From Capsulimonadaceae bacterium (GTDB lineage Bacteria; Armatimonadota; Armatimonadia; Armatimonadales; Capsulimonadaceae), in the NCBI GenBank assembly GCA_965215505.1, contig OZ244065.1:2592001-2656000 (forward strand): a DNA stretch of 64,000 bases. The letters run 5' to 3'. Under the pieces are notes generated by a model that made no database searches, had not been told where the DNA came from, and was given only the letters and a program-made list of their open reading frames with translations. This document shows, one piece after another, positions 59,213 through 64,000 of this stretch; position 1 is the stretch's first letter; the number at the start of each line of letters is the position of its first letter. A program made the translations under genes and the position numbers.

Positions 59213-59734
59213 ATGTTTGATGCAGAGGACGCCGTACTAAAGGGTATCATAGCTTATCTCGGCGTCGGGACGAACCTAGGGGACCGGATGGGAAACATCC
59301 GAGGGGCCTTGCGAAAACTGGCGGACCTGCCGACAATGGAAGTCACGCACGTCTCGTCAGTGTATGAGACCGCGCCCGTCGGCATCACAGACCAGCCGGA
59401 CTTCCTAAATCTGGTCGCCGCCGTCCGGACCAGTCTGACGCCGCCCGCACTGCTGGGCGCTCTGCTGAACATTGAAAACCAAATGGGCCGGGTGCGAACC
59501 GAACGCTGGGGGCCGCGCGTTATAGATCTAGATCTGCTCCTTTACGGCAGTGAGCGGGTTTCGCTCCCTGAACTGACCGTTCCGCATCCGCGGTTACACG
59601 AGCGGGCCTTTGTCGTGATTCCACTGGCCGAGATCGCGCCGAATTTGGCACTGTCGGGGGATGAAAAAGAAGTGGCCGTCATCGCCGATTCTTTTTCGCG
59701 CGAGGGGAACATTCGGCGTGTCGGGCACGTCTAA
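59213..59734 (+). CDS. folK: 2-amino-4-hydroxy-6-hydroxymethyldihydropteridine diphosphokinase
   Basis: AYLGVGTNLGDR, YETAPVG, QPDFLN, RWGPRVIDLDLL, PHPRLHERAFV; start uncertain (59162-59213). Confidence 0.95.
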   Translation: MFDAEDAVLKGIIAYLGVGTNLGDRMGNIRGALRKLADLPTMEVTHVSSVYETAPVGITDQPDFLNLVAAVRTSLTPPALLGALLNIENQMGRVRTERWGPRVIDLDLLLYGSERVSLPELTVPHPRLHERAFVVIPLAEIAPNLALSGDEKEVAVIADSFSREGNIRRVGHV

Positions 59735-59794
59735 CAACGGCAAGGCCCCGTCCGCACCGCCGACCGCAGGCTATGACTAGCTTATGAACAGCTT

Positions 59795-61057
59795 ATGATC
59801 TACTCGTATCAAGCCAAAGACCGGACCGGGCGGACCGTCACCGGCTCGCTGGACGCGCCCGACGAGCGCCGTGCGGCCCAGGAGATCCGGGACATGGGGT
59901 ACTTCCCCATGCGCCTCGCGCCGCAGCAGGGCGGGGCGGCCACGCTCTCGCCCCAGAACGACCTGGCTTTCAACGGGTCGCCGCCGCGCCGCACCGTCGC
60001 GGGGGCCGCGCGGCAGGCGCCCCTCTCCGGCGGCTGGCTGCTGGCGCACCTCGTTTACCCCATCTGGTCCGGTGTCGGGCTGCGCGACCTGGCGCTGCTC
60101 TACCGGCAGTTCTCGGCCATGCTAAACGCGGGGGTGCCGATCTACCAGTGTCTCACCACGCTGACGCAGCAGACCGGGAACGCCCGCCTGCGGCGCTACC
60201 TGACCCGCATCAGTGCGCGCGTCTTGGAAGGGGCGATGCTGACCGAGGCGTTCGCCGAGTTCCCGTGGGTCTTCACCGACTTCCACCGGGCGATGATCGC
60301 GGCGGGCGAGCAGAGCGGGCGGCTGGACGTGATGATGTCCCGGCTGGCGTCCGCTCTGGAGCAGGAGTACGCGCTGCGGGCTGCGGTCAAGAAGGAGACT
60401 TGGTATCCGGCCGTAACGCTCCTGATGAGTTTTCTGCTCCCGCCCGTCGTGGACCTGATCATCCTGAAGGACGCGAAGCTTTATTACCAGGAGGCGATAC
60501 AGCCGCTGCTGATCTTCGGGGCCGTGGTCGTCGTCGGCTATGTCGTCACCCGGCTCCTATCGCAGTTCAAGGTGGCCTATGACTGGCTGATTGCCACGCT
60601 GCCGGGGATCGGCGGCGCGGTCCGGATGGTGGCTCTGGCACGGTTCGCCCGCGTGATCGCTTCGCTGTATGCGGCGGGTGTCTCGATCCCCGAGGCCCTG
60701 CGGGCGGCGGCGGCGGCGACCGGCAACGCCTACATGGAGCGCCGCATGGTCGCGGCGATCCCCGCCCTGCAAGGCGGGCACGGCATCGCTGAAGCGCTGG
60801 TCGCGACGCGCATCTTCCCGCCGATGGTCGTCTCCATGCTGGGGACCGGCGAGCAGACCGGCAGCCTGGACATGACGATGGACAAAGTCGCCGAGTATTA
60901 CGAGCAGGAGTCGGTGGTCCGCCTGCACCAACTGAGTGTGGCGCTCGGCGCGTTCGCCATGATCGTCGCCGGCATCCGGGTCGCCATCGTCGTCGGGAAC
61001 TTCTACACCGGCTACTTCAACAAGATGAACGATCAGGCGAACCCGGACGCCCCCTGA
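59795..61057 (+). CDS. Type II secretion F family / PilC platform protein
   Basis: YSYQAKDRTG, RQFSAMLNAGVP, AGEQSGRLD, GEQTGSLD. Confidence 0.92.
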   Translation: MIYSYQAKDRTGRTVTGSLDAPDERRAAQEIRDMGYFPMRLAPQQGGAATLSPQNDLAFNGSPPRRTVAGAARQAPLSGGWLLAHLVYPIWSGVGLRDLALLYRQFSAMLNAGVPIYQCLTTLTQQTGNARLRRYLTRISARVLEGAMLTEAFAEFPWVFTDFHRAMIAAGEQSGRLDVMMSRLASALEQEYALRAAVKKETWYPAVTLLMSFLLPPVVDLIILKDAKLYYQEAIQPLLIFGAVVVVGYVVTRLLSQFKVAYDWLIATLPGIGGAVRMVALARFARVIASLYAAGVSIPEALRAAAAATGNAYMERRMVAAIPALQGGHGIAEALVATRIFPPMVVSMLGTGEQTGSLDMTMDKVAEYYEQESVVRLHQLSVALGAFAMIVAGIRVAIVVGNFYTGYFNKMNDQANPDAP

Positions 61058-61203
61058 TCGGCACAGATAATGATCAAACGGCTCAGGACTGACGCGCGCC
61101 CTTATCATATGCTCTTTCGCGCGGACGTTCGGAAAGTGAGGGAAGAAAGTACGACCGTCTCAAGAAACCTGCATTCATATCATCCTGTTCGGAGCATATC
61201 ACG

Positions 61204-61980
61204 ATGAGCTTACAGCGAAATTATTACGAGGTCCTGGGCGTCCCGCAAGAGGCGACCACCGACCAGATCAAAAAGAAATACCGGGAACTGGCGCGTCGGT
61301 TCCATCCGGACGTGGTCCAGGATAAGGACCTGGGCCAGCGCGTCTTCTCGCAGATCAACCAGGCGTATCACATCCTGGGCGACAGGGACCTGCGCGCCAA
61401 GTATGATGCCACCCTGACAGCGGCAGCCGCGGCGGCCAGAGGGACGTCAGGCAACGGCTCCGCGCCCGCAGCGCAGGCCACCCGCCCCAATGGCGTCGCA
61501 CCCTATGCTAATGGGAACGGCACGACGCCCTATGGCAACGGTAATGGGGCGACACCTTACGGCAACGGGTCGGCTCCCGCGCCGCAGGCCGCGCCCGTCC
61601 CCCCGCAGAAGCTGGAGGCGATCGCGGGGCTTCTGAAACACGCGGACAACGCCATTATGGCCGGCAAGCCGGTCGAGGCGGGAGCGTTCTGCATGAAAGT
61701 GCTGGAGATTGATGCGCGCAACGTCCGCGCCCTGGACATCTTCGGGGACGCTCTGACCCAGCAGGGGAAGCGTGAGGATGCCGCCGTCCAGTACCGGAAG
61801 GCCCTCCAGGTTGCGCCCAGCCATTCCATTCAGGCCAAACTGAACCGACTGGTCCAGGCCGCCCCGTCCAACAGGACAAACCCGATCGGACAGCCCCCGC
61901 CGCCAAGCAAGCCCGATCCCGCGCCGAGCGGCGACAAAGCCGGCGGAGGCCTGCTCGGACGGTTCCTTGGGCGCAAATAG
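61204..61980 (+). CDS. J-domain protein with TPR
   Basis: NYYEVLGV, RFHPD, INQAYHILGD; PY(A/G)NG repeats; TPR-like helices. Confidence 0.88.
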   Translation: MSLQRNYYEVLGVPQEATTDQIKKKYRELARRFHPDVVQDKDLGQRVFSQINQAYHILGDRDLRAKYDATLTAAAAAARGTSGNGSAPAAQATRPNGVAPYANGNGTTPYGNGNGATPYGNGSAPAPQAAPVPPQKLEAIAGLLKHADNAIMAGKPVEAGAFCMKVLEIDARNVRALDIFGDALTQQGKREDAAVQYRKALQVAPSHSIQAKLNRLVQAAPSNRTNPIGQPPPPSKPDPAPSGDKAGGGLLGRFLGRK

Positions 61981-62003
61981 TGGCAGGCTCTCAGAGCGGA
62001 CGC

Positions 62004-62039
62004 GAAAAACGCGGGAGGCATCAGCCTCCCGCGTTTTTC
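62004..62039. terminator. Bidirectional intrinsic terminator
   Basis: GAAAAACGCGGGAGGC / GCCTCCCGCGTTTTTC. Confidence 0.85.
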
Positions 62040-62058
62040 TATGCCTGCCCTGGAGTCC

Positions 62059-63495
62059 CTAATCGCAGTGGCGCACGGCGGGGTCCAAAGGCAGCGTGTA
62101 CGGGAACAGGCCGAGGCGCAGGAGACGGGGCGGGCGCTCCGACATCTCGCGGGCGTAATCCTGGACTTCGTGCCGCCGCCCTCCCTGCATGTAAACGACA
62201 CGGATGATCGGTGTGGGCTGGGCCGTGCGGCAGAACAGCCGCAGCCCCTCGTGGAAGAAGTAGTCGGTATACTGCCACTGATCCGGCTGCCCCAGGCGCT
62301 CCAGGGCGGACGTCAATACCTCCCCCCAGTCTCCCCCGGCGATGTCCGGCAGGCCCTCGATGGACTCGATTCTGATGTAGCGCCCCGCCCCCAGCGGGCG
62401 CCAGCGCGCGGGCCAGAGCAGGTGGCTCCAGGGGTCGGGGCGCAGGTTGCTGAACATGGCGAAGCTGAAGTTGGTTTTGAGGCCGAGGTAGGGAGCCAGG
62501 CCATTCAGCAGAAAGGCCGACGTCAGCAGCAGCAGCAGCGCGCGCTGGTTCGGGCCGCCCCAGGCGAACGTGGCCCGCAGCGGCCCGGCGTGCAGCAGGG
62601 CCAGGCTGACGGCGAGGGCGGCGAGGAAGTAGACGCCGAAGAAGAGCTGGTGGCAGTAGGCGGGTACGCGGCGCTTGAAGCCGTAGCCCCCGAAGCGGTG
62701 GCCGATGTAGAGGCCGAGCAGGAGGTACAGGGCCATCCTGGTCCGGCTCAGGGCGAACGCCGAGGCCAGCAGGCGCGGCCAGTCGCCGGGCGCGACGAAC
62801 GCGGACAGCCCGGCGTACATGACGGCGGCGAAATGGACGTGAACCAGCAGCCCCAGAGGCAGGTGGAGCAGGACGGCCAGGAGGATGCCGAGCGGGCGGG
62901 TCGCCGGGAACAGGAACAGGAGCGGGATGATTCCTTCCAGGGCGAGGATGGCGTAGATGGAGAGGAAACCCTGAATTTTGAGCAGGCCGGGGTGGCGGAT
63001 GTTGACCCGGTACTCGAGGTACTCGCGGCCGAGATAGCTGCCGCAGCTCATGCAGGGCGACAGGTATTCCGGGTTCAGCTTGTGCAGGAAGGCCAGGGCA
63101 TAGGTCAGGCCGACCACGATTTGGACGCCGGACAGGAAGAAGGGCGTCGGCGATAGCCCGCGCCGCTCGGGGGCCTGGAACAGCAGATCCAGGCAAAGCA
63201 GCAGCCCCATGAACCAGGCCGCGACGAGGTGGTTGGACAGCCGGAGCGGGTAGGAGGCGATCAGCAGGGAGAGCGCCAGGAGCAGCAGAGGATACAGCTC
63301 CCATAGGGCGGGCCGGACGAGCAGGACCAGGCAAAGGCTAACCAGCCCGCCGTGCAGGGCGATCATCCCGCGCCGTGAGAGGTTCAGGCCCAGGGTGGGC
63401 AGGAAACAGGTCGTGAAATAGGCCCGGCCCTGGGTGAAGAGGCCCGTATTCTCGTGGAGGAGCAGGGCGAGGGCGAAGAGACGGACGAAGAGCAT
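62059..63495 (-). CDS. Multi-pass membrane protein, HTTM-like
   Basis: SNH, YALAFLHKLNPEY, PYLGLKTNFSFAMFSNLR; many TM segments. Confidence 0.7.
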   Translation of the reverse strand: MLFVRLFALALLLHENTGLFTQGRAYFTTCFLPTLGLNLSRRGMIALHGGLVSLCLVLLVRPALWELYPLLLLALSLLIASYPLRLSNHLVAAWFMGLLLCLDLLFQAPERRGLSPTPFFLSGVQIVVGLTYALAFLHKLNPEYLSPCMSCGSYLGREYLEYRVNIRHPGLLKIQGFLSIYAILALEGIIPLLFLFPATRPLGILLAVLLHLPLGLLVHVHFAAVMYAGLSAFVAPGDWPRLLASAFALSRTRMALYLLLGLYIGHRFGGYGFKRRVPAYCHQLFFGVYFLAALAVSLALLHAGPLRATFAWGGPNQRALLLLLTSAFLLNGLAPYLGLKTNFSFAMFSNLRPDPWSHLLWPARWRPLGAGRYIRIESIEGLPDIAGGDWGEVLTSALERLGQPDQWQYTDYFFHEGLRLFCRTAQPTPIIRVVYMQGGRRHEVQDYAREMSERPPRLLRLGLFPYTLPLDPAVRHCD

Positions 63496-63514
63496 CGTTG
63501 AAGTACACGATCCG

Positions 63515-64000
63515 TTAGAGTACGCGGCGGGGCAAGCGCGGCAGGCCGGGCTGATTCGAGACTATGCGGAGCGCGAAACGGCCCGCGCTCCGCAGCACGA
63601 GGCAGAGCCGCTCGGTCACGCGGGCACACCGGAACAGGATCGCCGCTCCCCTGCTGTAGCGCGTCCCGACCTGCGCGCGCACATGAGCGTCGGCCTCGAC
63701 GGTCGTCATGGCAAGCCCCGCCCGGTACAAGCGCGGCGTGGTCATCGCGACGTATTCACTGGCGATGCACAGCATCTGGGCGTCGGCGGGGATGTCCTTC
63801 CCGTGACGCCCGAAGGGGTAGCCGCTGCCGTCAAGATACTCGTGATGATACCGCACGGCGTCGGCGGCGGGACTGAGTACGGGGATAGCATCCAGGATGG
63901 CCGCGCCGACCCGGACGTAGTCGCGCAGGACGAAGCGGTCAGCGGGGCCGGGTGGACAGGCGGGGCTGTTCAGCAGACCGTAGGGGACGCTCACCTTGCC
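63515..64000 (-). CDS. HD-GYP domain protein (degenerate), 5' end outside window
   Basis: GKVSVP...VRYHHEYLDGSGYPFG...AMTTPRLYR. Confidence 0.8.
   Translation of the reverse strand, partial: GKVSVPYGLLNSPACPPGPADRFVLRDYVRVGAAILDAIPVLSPAADAVRYHHEYLDGSGYPFGRHGKDIPADAQMLCIASEYVAMTTPRLYRAGLAMTTVEADAHVRAQVGTRYSRGAAILFRCARVTERLCLVLRSAGRFALRIVSNQPGLPRLPRRVL

Overview
High-GC bacterial chromosomal segment. DUF1559/H-X9-DG pilins with the [13 protein letters not shown] motif and a stalk-domain protein suggest Armatimonadota (inference). The backbone carries queA, a ferredoxin nitrite/sulfite reductase, a GltD/DsrL-like flavoprotein, iscA, recQ, an opp cluster, murQ, lepA, folK and a pilC-like gene. 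Small lower-GC accessory cassettes sit directly behind conserved genes. Two of them carry no integrase yet are bounded by direct repeats that overlap the upstream gene's stop codon. (1) An 812-aa putative HEPN protein lies between two copies of the reductase 3' end that differ mostly at synonymous sites, and is followed by an ABC-ATPase/DUF4276 pair. (2) A secreted protein with a low-GC HEXXH metallopeptidase C-terminus and a HEAT-like partner gene lie between two copies of a promoter, resembling a polymorphic toxin/immunity pair. Other notable features: a GH16-GT2 fusion; a LacI/pilin/beta-helix locus; an IS5 element inserted in a REP doublet and carrying a frame-preserving 4x25-bp repeat; REP elements read in frame inside genes; several short tandem arrays; three toxin-antitoxin pairs plus a remnant; and a class II CRP-like site. 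No rRNA, tRNA or CRISPR array was recognised. All family calls come from motif recognition, not database searches.
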